Source: Acidobacteriota bacterium (GTDB lineage: Bacteria > Acidobacteriota > Blastocatellia > RBC074). From it: DNA of 36,454 nt. Shown in pieces: positions 19,163 through 27,376 of this stretch. A model generated the notes under the pieces. The model saw nothing but the letters and a program-made list of their open reading frames with translations, did not search any database and was not told the origin of the DNA. The DNA lies in the NCBI GenBank assembly GCA_031418175.1, contig JANOWX010000865.1:1-36454 (forward strand), given 5' to 3'. The translations under genes were made by a program, and so were the position numbers. The first letter of the stretch is position 1. Every line of letters begins with the position of its first letter.

Positions 19163-21835
19163 ATGAAACGATTGATCTCATTATTATCACTCCTTTGTTG
19201 GCTGGCCTTTGCCAGTGCGGCACAAACCACCGAGTCACGATTAGGCGACGTGCTGCGCGAAGGCTTTCAATATCGCAACCTCGGCCCCTTTCGCGTCGGC
19301 GGTTGGGTGTCGGACATCGCCGTGCCGGAAACGCCCGCGAAGGCGCATCTGTATACGTTTTATGTCGCGGCGCGGCACGGCGGCGTGTTCAAGACGACGA
19401 ACAACGGGACTACGTTTGAGCCGGTCTTCGACAATCAAAACGTAGCCGCTGTCGGCGCGCTCGCCGTTGCGCCGACGAATGAAAACATCGTCTGGGTCGG
19501 CACGGGCGACAATTCGTGCGCGCGTTCGGCGTACTGGGGCGACGGCGTTTACAAATCCACCGACGCGGGCAAGACGTGGCAAAACATGGGCTTGCGCGAC
19601 ACCCATCACATCACGCGCATCGTCACGCATCCGACCAACGCCGACATCGTTTACGTTGCCGCGATGGGGCATCTTTACACGACGAACGAAGAGCGCGGCG
19701 TATTCAAAACCACGGACGGCGGCAAGACATGGAAGAAGGTTTTGTACGTCAACGACCGTACGGGCGCGATTGATCTAGTGCTGAGCCGCAACGATCCAAA
19801 CACATTGTATGCCGCCGCGTATGACCTCAAACGCGATCCGTGGCGGATCGTGGACGGCGGCGCGGGCAGCGGGATTTACAAGACGACAGACGGCGGCGCG
19901 AATTGGAAAAAGCTCGAAAATGGCTTGCCCACCGGCACGATTGGGCGCATCGGCCTTGATCTGTTTCAGAAGAATCCGAACATCCTGTATGCCGTCGTTG
20001 ACAACCGCAATCTGCGACAGGGTTCACAACAAATCATCAGCGGCGAGGTCTATCGCACCGATGACGCAGGCGTTTCGTGGCGCAAAGTGAGCGCCGATAA
20101 GGACGATGTGAGCCGCAAATCCGGCTATGCGTTCAATATCCTGCGCGTCCATCCTGCCGATCCTGATCGCGTATTCATCACGGGTTCCAACTTGATCGAG
20201 ACTACCGACGGCGGCAAGACGTGGATTGGATTGGCGGCGGGAGGCTTTCAGCAACAGAGCTATCGCCCGTTCCGCCGCGCGTTCGGCGATTTCCGCGTGC
20301 TGTGGATTGATCCGCAAAATCCCGAACGAATGATGGCGGGTTCCGACGGCGGCGTTTACGTTTCGTATGACGGCGCGAAGACCTGCGATCACTTGAACAA
20401 TTTGCCGCTCGGCGAGGTTTACGCGCTGACGGTGGATCTGGCCGAGCCGTACAACATCTACGCCGGTTTGCAGGATCACGAATCGTGGCGCGGCCCCAGC
20501 AACGGCTGGTCGGGCAGCATCGGCATCGAAGACTGGACGACGACGGGCATCGGCGATGGGATGTATAACCAAGTTGACCCGACCGACAACCGCTGGGTCT
20601 ACAACACGCAGGAATTCGGACGCGCCGCGCGCTTCGATCAAAAGACGCGCGAACGCAAAGTGATTGCGCCAACGCGGAAGCAAGATCAACCGATACTCCG
20701 ATTCAATTGGGTCGCGCCGCTGCGCCTATCGCCGCACGATCCGAAGACGCTGTATGCCGGCGCGCAAGTGTTGTTTCGTTCGACGGATCGCGGCGACACT
20801 TGGCAGGAAATCAGCCCCGATTTGACGACGAACGATGCGAACAAAATCAGCCCGCCCGGCGCCGCGATTCAGCATTGCACGATCACGACGATTGCCGAAT
20901 CGCCCAAACAAGCCGGCGTAATTTGGGTCGGCACGGATGACGGCAAAGTGCAGGTCACGAAAGACGCGGGCGCGAACTGGTTCGACGCGACGAAAGCCAT
21001 TGCGCAAGTCGGCGGGACGCCAGCAGAGGTAGAAGCTGCCTGGACGAATCGCGTCTTTGCTTCGCACTTTCAGGCAAGCACGGCTTACGTCGCCAAGTCG
21101 CGGCATCGGCAGGATGACTTTCGCGCGTTCCTTTTCAAGACGACCGATTTCGGCGCGACGTGGACGGCGATCAATAACAATTTGCCCGCGCGTCCGATCA
21201 ATGTGGTTTGGGAAGACAACGTGAATTTTGATTTGCTTTTCGTCGGCAACGATATGGGCGTTTATGTTTCGCTGGACGGCGGCAAGGTCTGGGCAGCGCT
21301 GAAAGGCAATATGCCCGTTGTTGCCGTGCATGATTTGATCGTTCATCCGCGCGAAGGCGATCTGGTCGTCGGCACGTATGGACGCGGCATCTGGGTGACG
21401 GACATCACGCCGCTACGCGAAATGCAGAAGGCGTTGCAAAGCAGCGAGGCATACCTGTTTGCGATTGAGCCGAAAGCACGACGCCGCGAAGGCGCACTCG
21501 GCAACTATCGGTTGTACGGCGACCGGCTGGCTGTAACGCCGAACGAGCCGAACGGGTTGACGTTTGTCTATTACCTGAAAGAAGCCGCGCCAGACAAAGT
21601 TACGTTGACGCTTACCGATGCCAGCGGCAAGACGATTCGCACGCTGGACGGCGCAACCAAAGCAGGTTTGAATCGCGTCGTGTTGCCGCTGAGCGATTTC
21701 GGGCAGCAGTTCGGCGGCGGCGGTCGTGGGCCGAATGTGACGCCGCTTGCATCGGGCGAATACACGGTGACGTTGCAAGCAAGCGGCAAGCAATTCACGC
21801 AGAAGGCGCGCGTGCTGGCAGCCAACGCTCCATAA
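19163..21835 (+). CDS. Secreted sortilin/VPS10-like BNR (Asp-box) repeat protein, paralog 2 (lacks the helical tail)
   Basis: Signal peptide MKRLISLLSLLCWLAFASA. Asp-boxes (KSTDAGKTW, KTTDGGKTW, KTTDGGANW, ETTDGGKTW ...). Ends just after the Ig-like GEYTVTL segment. Confidence 0.9.
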   Translation: MKRLISLLSLLCWLAFASAAQTTESRLGDVLREGFQYRNLGPFRVGGWVSDIAVPETPAKAHLYTFYVAARHGGVFKTTNNGTTFEPVFDNQNVAAVGALAVAPTNENIVWVGTGDNSCARSAYWGDGVYKSTDAGKTWQNMGLRDTHHITRIVTHPTNADIVYVAAMGHLYTTNEERGVFKTTDGGKTWKKVLYVNDRTGAIDLVLSRNDPNTLYAAAYDLKRDPWRIVDGGAGSGIYKTTDGGANWKKLENGLPTGTIGRIGLDLFQKNPNILYAVVDNRNLRQGSQQIISGEVYRTDDAGVSWRKVSADKDDVSRKSGYAFNILRVHPADPDRVFITGSNLIETTDGGKTWIGLAAGGFQQQSYRPFRRAFGDFRVLWIDPQNPERMMAGSDGGVYVSYDGAKTCDHLNNLPLGEVYALTVDLAEPYNIYAGLQDHESWRGPSNGWSGSIGIEDWTTTGIGDGMYNQVDPTDNRWVYNTQEFGRAARFDQKTRERKVIAPTRKQDQPILRFNWVAPLRLSPHDPKTLYAGAQVLFRSTDRGDTWQEISPDLTTNDANKISPPGAAIQHCTITTIAESPKQAGVIWVGTDDGKVQVTKDAGANWFDATKAIAQVGGTPAEVEAAWTNRVFASHFQASTAYVAKSRHRQDDFRAFLFKTTDFGATWTAINNNLPARPINVVWEDNVNFDLLFVGNDMGVYVSLDGGKVWAALKGNMPVVAVHDLIVHPREGDLVVGTYGRGIWVTDITPLREMQKALQSSEAYLFAIEPKARRREGALGNYRLYGDRLAVTPNEPNGLTFVYYLKEAAPDKVTLTLTDASGKTIRTLDGATKAGLNRVVLPLSDFGQQFGGGGRGPNVTPLASGEYTVTLQASGKQFTQKARVLAANAP

Positions 21836-21913
21836 ACAGCGTTCACGTCATTCTCAAATGACCGCGGCCTGCGCAAATGAATGGTATGCTTACCAGGAAA
21901 AGGAGATTTCGTG

Positions 21914-22174
21914 ATGAGTACGCTAACGAAAACCAAACCTGCCACGCGGCGCAATCGCACGACGCCACCTATTTCAGTCAACCCGGCACGGATGAGCGGG
22001 CAATCCGTCATCGGCACGAGTCGCGTGCCGGTGGGTGTGCTGCTCGATTATGTAGACCGTGAGGTGTTGCGGCGAGATTTTCCTTCGCTCAGCGCCGACG
22101 CGCTCGAAAGTGCCATCCGGTATTTGAAGGATATGGGCGAGGACGGTGCGTTAGGTGAGCCTGTCAATTACTGA
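21914..22174 (+). CDS. DUF433-like antitoxin-type protein
   Basis: AAGGAG upstream of ATG 21914. SGQSVIGTSRVPVGVLLDYV...DFPSLSADALESAIRYL matches the DUF433 pattern (G-x-P-x-I-x-GTRI.V..). Its stop overlaps the next ATG (TGATG). Confidence 0.72.
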   Translation: MSTLTKTKPATRRNRTTPPISVNPARMSGQSVIGTSRVPVGVLLDYVDREVLRRDFPSLSADALESAIRYLKDMGEDGALGEPVNY

Positions 22175-22496
22175 TGAAAGTTCTGCTTGATGAGAATGTG
22201 CCGGAGACGTTGACGCCTGCCTTTGATCGCTTCGAGACCTTGCACCTCAACGCACTGGGCTGGGCTGGCAGGGGAAACAAAACGGCGAGTTATTGCTGGC
22301 GGCGCAGGAAGCCGGATTCACTGCACTGGTGACTACCGACGTGAATCTTTACAACCAGCAAAAGGCGCGCTTGCATGGGCTGGCGCTCATCGTTTTGCGC
22401 GTTTTCTCGAATGCTCCGGCGGGCATTCTTCCTTTAGTGTCGGCGGCGCAAGACTTGCTCGCGGTGATGGCGGCGGGCGACATCAAGTACCTATAG
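22174..22496 (+). pseudogene. DUF5615-like (PIN-like toxin partner of DUF433) gene split between two frames
   Basis: Frame A (22174-22332) gives MKVLLDENVPETLTPAFDRFETLHLNALGWAGRGN and then nonsense to a TGA. The frame one base back continues QNGELLLAAQEAGFTALVTTDVNLYNQQ... to TAG at 22496. The switch point coincides with GGGGAAAC at 22271-22278. Confidence 0.7.
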
Positions 22497-22652
22497 AGGG
22501 GTAATCAGAAATTCAAAACCACCTTGTAAAGCCTATGAAATAAGGACTTACGGGCAGCAAATTTGATAGATGGCAACACTTAAAAACCGCTCTGTAACGT
22601 GTGGCCTGTCAAGGCTTTACGAAGCCGTCGGAATTTCTGATTACCCTCTATA
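22492..22652. repeat. ~160-nt palindromic element with 22/23-nt terminal inverted repeats (MITE-like or structured RNA)
   Basis: TATAGAGGGGTAATCAGAAATTC (22492-22514) matches the reverse complement of GAATTTCTGATTACCCTCTATA (22631-22652), identical except for one extra G. An inner 9-bp pair is GTAAAGCCT (22526-22534) with AGGCTTTAC (22612-22620). The left arm overlaps the stop codon at 22494-22496. Confidence 0.75.
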
Positions 22653-22888
22653 CATTGACCCGCGCCTGCGCGCGCGACCAGCGACAGCGACGCGGCGAAT
22701 TTGCCAACTGATGGGGAGTCGAAGAAAGCCACAAAGGCGAACGGCAATGAACCGTTGCCGCCGGTGTGCCATACACGCCTCTTTGGCAGCGGTTCCCAGC
22801 AGGCAACCAGTCTGCCAAACCCTGAAGCAAGCGCAGCCCCGAATGCCCGCAGTCAGTCAACCAAACTGTATCAGAACAGGAAACACCT

Positions 22889-25800
22889 ATGAACACCCGC
22901 TTTCGCAGCATGCTCTTCACGTTCGTATTACTGGGCGCGCTCGTCCCACAACTCAACGCCCAACGCGGCGGCGGTCAGCCACCCCAAACTCAACAGCAAA
23001 TTGAAATGACCGACGGCCCGACCATCCTCAACAGCGTGGATGTCAGCCGCTTGCAATTCCGCTACGTCGGCCCGCCCGGCAATCGCGTGTCCGCCGTCGT
23101 CAGCCCGCCGGGCAACAAGCAGGTTTATTACGCAGGCGCGGCGTCGGGCGGCGTCTTCAAATCCACCGACGGCGGCGTGGTGTGGAAGCCCGTCTTCGAC
23201 AAACAGCAATCGCAATCCATCGGCGCGCTGGCCGTCGCTCCATCGAATCACGAAATCGTCTGGGCAGGCACGGGTGAGAGTTGGGTGCGCAGCGGCATCT
23301 CCATCGGCGACGGCGTGTATAAATCCACCGACGGCGGCGCAACGTGGCAACGGATGGGCTTGGAAGCGACGGGCCGCATCTCGCGCGTCATCATTCATCC
23401 GACCAACCCGGACATCGTTTATGTAGGCGCGGTCGGGCACGGTTACGGCCCGCAAAAAGAGCGCGGCGTCTATCGCACGAAAGACGGCGGCAAGACGTGG
23501 GAGCAGACGCTGTTCGTCAACGAGAACACAGGCGTGTCAGAGATCGCGATGGATCCGTCGAATCCGAACATCCTGTTTGCCGGGACGTGGGAGTTCGTGA
23601 TTACCACCTGGGGGAAATACAGCGGCGGCACGGGCAGCGGCGTGTTCAAATCTACCGACGGCGGCACGACTTGGAAACGCTTGACGCCTGCGCAGGGCTT
23701 GCCCGAATCACCGCTCGGCAAAATTGCCGTAGCCATTGCGCCGAGCAATCCGCAACGGGTTTATGCGTTGATCGAAACCGGCTGGAACGGCAAAGGTTCG
23801 CTCTGGCGTTCGGAAGACGGCGGCGAGCAATGGAAGGTCGTCAATTACAGCCACATCCTGGCCGAGCGTCCGCACTATTACACGCGGATGTTGATCTCGC
23901 CGAAAAATCAGGACGAAGTTTACTTTCCGAATAACACGATGGTCGTTTCGATGGATGGCGGACAGACGGCGCGCGGCATTCAATGGGGCGGCGACAATCA
24001 CGATATGTGGGCCGACCCGACCGATACCGACCGCATGATGATCGGCAATGACGGTGGCGTGATGATTACGACCAATCATGGCCAGCAATGGTCGCGCGTC
24101 ACCTTGCCCATCGCGCAGATGTATCACGTCGCCGCCGACAACGCCGTGCCATACGGCTTGCACGGCAGCGAGCAGGACAAGTCTTCGACGCGTGGCGCGG
24201 GTGCGAGCCTGGGCGGCAACATTACGTGGCAACGCACGGCGGGTTGCGAATCGGGCTTTGCGATTCCCGACCCGAAAAATCCGAATATCATTTGGGGCAC
24301 TTGTTACGCGGGCGGCGTCGAACGCCACGACGTGCGCACGGGCGTGACGCGCTCGGTGGATGTGTGGCCGGAGAAGTTTTTGGACGCGCCCGCGAATGTT
24401 TCCAAGTACCGCTGGAACTGGACGCACGTGGTTTACATCTCGCCGCACGACAGCAACACCGTCTATGTCGGCAGCCAATATCTGCACGTCACGACGAACG
24501 CGGGACAAAGCTGGAAGATCATCAGCCCCGACCTGACGACCGACGACAAGAGCAAGCAAGGCCCATCGGGCGGACTCACGCACGACAACCTCGGCGTAGA
24601 GGAATGCTGCACGATCTTTGCGATGGCCGAAGCGCCGCAGGAAAAAGGCGTGTTGTGGATCGGCTCGAACGACGGCATCGTCAGCCTCTCGCGCGACGGC
24701 GGCAAGACTTGGCAGAAAGATTTGACCGCCAACGTGCCGGGCTTTTTGAAGCAGGGTTCGATCAACAACATCGAAGCCTCACGGCACGCACGCGGCACGG
24801 CTTACATTTCGGTGGACGGCCATCAGGTCAACAACCGCGACCCGCACATTTACAAGACGACCGATTACGGCAAGACGTGGAAGGCATTGGGCAGCGGCAT
24901 TCCCAAATCGGTCTTCAGCTACGTGCGCGTCGTGCGCGAAGACCCGAAAGTGCCAGGCTTGTTGTATGCCGGAACCGAGAACGGCCTGTATGTTTCGCAC
25001 GACGACGGCGCGACGTGGCAATCGTTGCAACTCAATCTGCCACACGTCGGCATATCGTGGATCGAGATTCAACCGGCGTATAACGACTTGGTGATCGGCA
25101 CGTCCGGGCGCGGCTTTTACATCCTCGACGACCTAACGCCGATTCAAAAAGCACGGCCTGAAATCAACAACACCGTAGCGACGTTGTTTGAACCGCGCGC
25201 GACATATCGGCTGATCTCGCGCCCGCCTGGCTTTATGAATACGCCGATTGGCTTTGGCGGTTTTGGCGGCGGCGGTTTTGGTGGCGGTGGTTTTGGTGGC
25301 GGCGGCGAAGGCGGCGGCGGCGAAGCGGCGGCTCCGGCTGGCGGTGCGCGTCCTGGTGCGCCTGCGCAAGGCGGTGCGGCGGTTCCCGGTGGTGCTGCGC
25401 AAGGCGGACGCGGTGGCGCTGGACAAGGTGGCGACGGTGGACAAGGCGGACGCGGCGGCGGTGCGCCCGTCAATCCCGCGACGGCAGGCGGCGGCACGGC
25501 GGGCGAAGTCATTCGCAACTTCCCGACCGGCGCTTACCTGCAATACTTTTTGAAAGCAGCCGGGCCGGCGACGCTCACGATCACCAGCGCCGAAGGCCGT
25601 TTCGTCAATAAGCTCAGCGCCAACGGCCAAGCAGGAATAAACAACCTGAGTTGGAATTTGCGCTACGCGCAAGGCCCGCGCGCCGTCGAGTTGCGCACCA
25701 CGCCCGCGAGCTATCCGCAAGTCTGGCAGGAGCCGCGCTTTCAAGGCCGCCAAACGCGCGGCGTCGTACATTACGGCATTCAACCGCCGCAATCGCCGCT

Positions 25801-26365
25801 GATGGCCGGCCCCGGTCTTTACACCGTCGAATTGGAAGCGGGCGGCACGAAGGTCAAGCAACAACTTCGTCTGATAGCCGACCCCAACGTCGGCGCGCCC
25901 GACGCCGCAGTCAAAGAGGGCGTAGACATGTGCCTGACGCTGACCGACGAAACCAATCTCGCCGTAGACGCCATCAACCAGATCGAACGCATCCGCAAAC
26001 AACTCGAAGACCTGAAAGGCAGCGACGCCCAGATGCAGCAGGCGCGCGCGCTTGATCAAAAACTGAAAGCCGTCGAAGACCTCTTGCTGCAACCCGTCGC
26101 GCACGAGAACGACCCGAAGTCGTACCGCGAACCGATGACGATTTATTTCCACTACCTGCATTTGTTGGGGCAGGTCGGCAACGGCGCAGGAGATATGGCG
26201 GGCAATCCCGGCTTCAAGCCGACCGATCAAAGCAAGGAGTTTCACGTCATTTTGAAAAAACGGCTGGACGATGCGCTGGCGAAGTTGAAGACGGTGTTGG
26301 ATACGGATGTGGCGCGGTTCAATCAGACGAGCGGCGTGCAGTTAGAGGTGGCGGCGAAGCCGTAG
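22889..26365 (+). CDS. Secreted sortilin/VPS10-like BNR (Asp-box) repeat protein, paralog 3, with Gly-rich insertion and helical tail
   Basis: Signal peptide ...LLGALVPQLNAQ. Asp-boxes (KSTDGGVVW, KSTDGGATW, RTKDGGKTW, KSTDGGTTW, LSRDGGKTW ...). Ig-like LYTVELEAGG segment and a helical C-terminus. Confidence 0.9.
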   Translation: MNTRFRSMLFTFVLLGALVPQLNAQRGGGQPPQTQQQIEMTDGPTILNSVDVSRLQFRYVGPPGNRVSAVVSPPGNKQVYYAGAASGGVFKSTDGGVVWKPVFDKQQSQSIGALAVAPSNHEIVWAGTGESWVRSGISIGDGVYKSTDGGATWQRMGLEATGRISRVIIHPTNPDIVYVGAVGHGYGPQKERGVYRTKDGGKTWEQTLFVNENTGVSEIAMDPSNPNILFAGTWEFVITTWGKYSGGTGSGVFKSTDGGTTWKRLTPAQGLPESPLGKIAVAIAPSNPQRVYALIETGWNGKGSLWRSEDGGEQWKVVNYSHILAERPHYYTRMLISPKNQDEVYFPNNTMVVSMDGGQTARGIQWGGDNHDMWADPTDTDRMMIGNDGGVMITTNHGQQWSRVTLPIAQMYHVAADNAVPYGLHGSEQDKSSTRGAGASLGGNITWQRTAGCESGFAIPDPKNPNIIWGTCYAGGVERHDVRTGVTRSVDVWPEKFLDAPANVSKYRWNWTHVVYISPHDSNTVYVGSQYLHVTTNAGQSWKIISPDLTTDDKSKQGPSGGLTHDNLGVEECCTIFAMAEAPQEKGVLWIGSNDGIVSLSRDGGKTWQKDLTANVPGFLKQGSINNIEASRHARGTAYISVDGHQVNNRDPHIYKTTDYGKTWKALGSGIPKSVFSYVRVVREDPKVPGLLYAGTENGLYVSHDDGATWQSLQLNLPHVGISWIEIQPAYNDLVIGTSGRGFYILDDLTPIQKARPEINNTVATLFEPRATYRLISRPPGFMNTPIGFGGFGGGGFGGGGFGGGGEGGGGEAAAPAGGARPGAPAQGGAAVPGGAAQGGRGGAGQGGDGGQGGRGGGAPVNPATAGGGTAGEVIRNFPTGAYLQYFLKAAGPATLTITSAEGRFVNKLSANGQAGINNLSWNLRYAQGPRAVELRTTPASYPQVWQEPRFQGRQTRGVVHYGIQPPQSPLMAGPGLYTVELEAGGTKVKQQLRLIADPNVGAPDAAVKEGVDMCLTLTDETNLAVDAINQIERIRKQLEDLKGSDAQMQQARALDQKLKAVEDLLLQPVAHENDPKSYREPMTIYFHYLHLLGQVGNGAGDMAGNPGFKPTDQSKEFHVILKKRLDDALAKLKTVLDTDVARFNQTSGVQLEVAAKP
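25250..25504 (+). repeat. In-frame low-complexity Gly-rich (GFGGG / QGG / RGG) coding insertion
   Basis: Encodes GFGGFGGGGFGGGGFGGGGEGGGGEAAAPAGGARPGAPAQGGAAVPGGAAQGGRGGAGQGGDGGQGGRGGGAPVNPATAGGGTAG. The DNA shows a 15-nt periodic GGTTTTGGTGGCGGT-like unit. Confidence 0.85.
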
Positions 26366-26372
26366 CGGGTGT

Positions 26373-26412
26373 GCGCGCGTATGCTTTGTGCCGTCGCGGA
26401 GCATACGCGCGC
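26373..26412 (+). terminator. GC-rich hairpin immediately after the paralog 3 stop (terminator-like, no U-tract)
   Basis: GCGCGCGTATGCT (26373-26385) pairs with AGCATACGCGCGC (26400-26412) around a 14-nt loop. Confidence 0.35.
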
Positions 26413-26426
26413 GGTTGGAATTACGA

Positions 26427-26765
26427 ATGGAGCCAATCCTTCCCAATCGTGACAAGGCCTTCGTGCCCAGCGAAAAGCTGGCGGGCTATTTGCTGTCTGA
26501 AACACATCCAGTGGGTGGGCCAAAAGCAACGTTCTTTCGCAGGCACGGGTTTGATGATGCGAATGTCGCCGAGCTTGAAGCACAGTTGCTTGACCTTGCT
26601 CGAACAGCGCCTATCGTTCAAATCTTGCAAAACCCATACGGAACGAAGTACGTTCTGGACGGCCGTGTGCTGTGTCCATCCGGCGTGCAGCTTTCACTTC
26701 GCACGGTTTGGATTATCGAAACCTCTGACGAGCGGCCACGCTTTGTCACCGCGTTTCCGCATTGA
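26427..26765 (+). CDS. DUF6883-like protein (putative toxin-antitoxin-type module component)
   Basis: KLAGYLLSETHPVGGPKATFFRRHGF...YGTKYVLDG...LRTVWIIE...RPRFVTAFP matches the pattern I recall for DUF6883. ATG at 26427. Confidence 0.65.
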   Translation: MEPILPNRDKAFVPSEKLAGYLLSETHPVGGPKATFFRRHGFDDANVAELEAQLLDLARTAPIVQILQNPYGTKYVLDGRVLCPSGVQLSLRTVWIIETSDERPRFVTAFPH

Positions 26766-26774
26766 GGTAACAAG

Positions 26775-27002
26775 ATGATTCAAGAACTTGATTCCGTAGT
26801 GCTGACCCGCGACTTACCGGAACACGGTTTGACCGCTGGCGATGTGGGCGCGGTCGTGCATTGTTATGCGGATGGCCCGGCGTATGAGGTTGAGTTTGTT
26901 GCAGGCTCAGGCCACACGGTTGCGCTGGTCACAGCGACTGAAAACGACATTCGCCAAATTCAAGCCAGGGAGATCATGCATGTGCGTGCGTTGGCGGCGT
27001 AG
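26775..27002 (+). CDS. DUF4926-like small protein
   Basis: Starts 9 nt after the upstream stop. DSVVLTRDLPEHGLTAGDVGAVVHCYADGPAYEVEFV..SGHTVALVT matches the DUF4926 pattern. Confidence 0.65.
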   Translation: MIQELDSVVLTRDLPEHGLTAGDVGAVVHCYADGPAYEVEFVAGSGHTVALVTATENDIRQIQAREIMHVRALAA

Positions 27003-27026
27003 GCCGGAGGTAAACGAAATAATCTG

Positions 27027-27376
27027 ATGAGCCTGTTATTGACGCAAATTGAAATCCCCGCTGAGACGGCAGCACTGTTGGGACGCAACGCGGCTGCTCG
27101 CCATTTGCCGCTGGCGGAATACTTGCGCGTAATAGCCGAGACCGACCGCCGCAAGCGTTGACCTTCGACGAAATCCTTGCGCCGTTCAGCGCCGAAGTCA
27201 CCGCCAGCGGCATCACGGATGAAGAACTCGACGACCTTATTCAAACCGCGCGCGGCGAAGTTTGCGTTAAAACAAGCGAGTCAGAAGCGAAGCCCAGGCG
27301 CTCATTCCTGCAAACCGCTCGTTCGCTCGAACTGGAAGGCCCCGCTGACTGGTCGGCCAGGATAGGGCGGCAATGA
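27027..27376 (+). pseudogene. Antitoxin-like (RHH-type) gene relic split over two frames
   Basis: Frame 1 (27027-27161) gives MSLLLTQIEIPAETAALLGRNAAARHLPLAEYLRVIAETDRRKR then stop. The adjacent frame (27158-27376) gives LTFDEILAPFSAEVTASGITDEELDDLIQTARGEV... Together they resemble a single antitoxin. No partner toxin gene follows. Confidence 0.3.

Noticed and set aside
22223-23004. ORFs 22223-22504, 22570-23004 and 22701-22892 around the TA pair and the palindromic element
   Set aside because: The first is the third frame across the DUF5615-like gene. The others run through the palindromic element and into the start of BNR paralog 3, lack an RBS and are Arg/Ala/Pro-rich.
25133-26245. 370-aa minus ORF and the Pro-rich ORF 25144-25518 (PPPKPPPPKPPPP)
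   Set aside because: The proline repeats are simply the reverse complement of the Gly-rich GGN tract in BNR paralog 3. There is no independent support.
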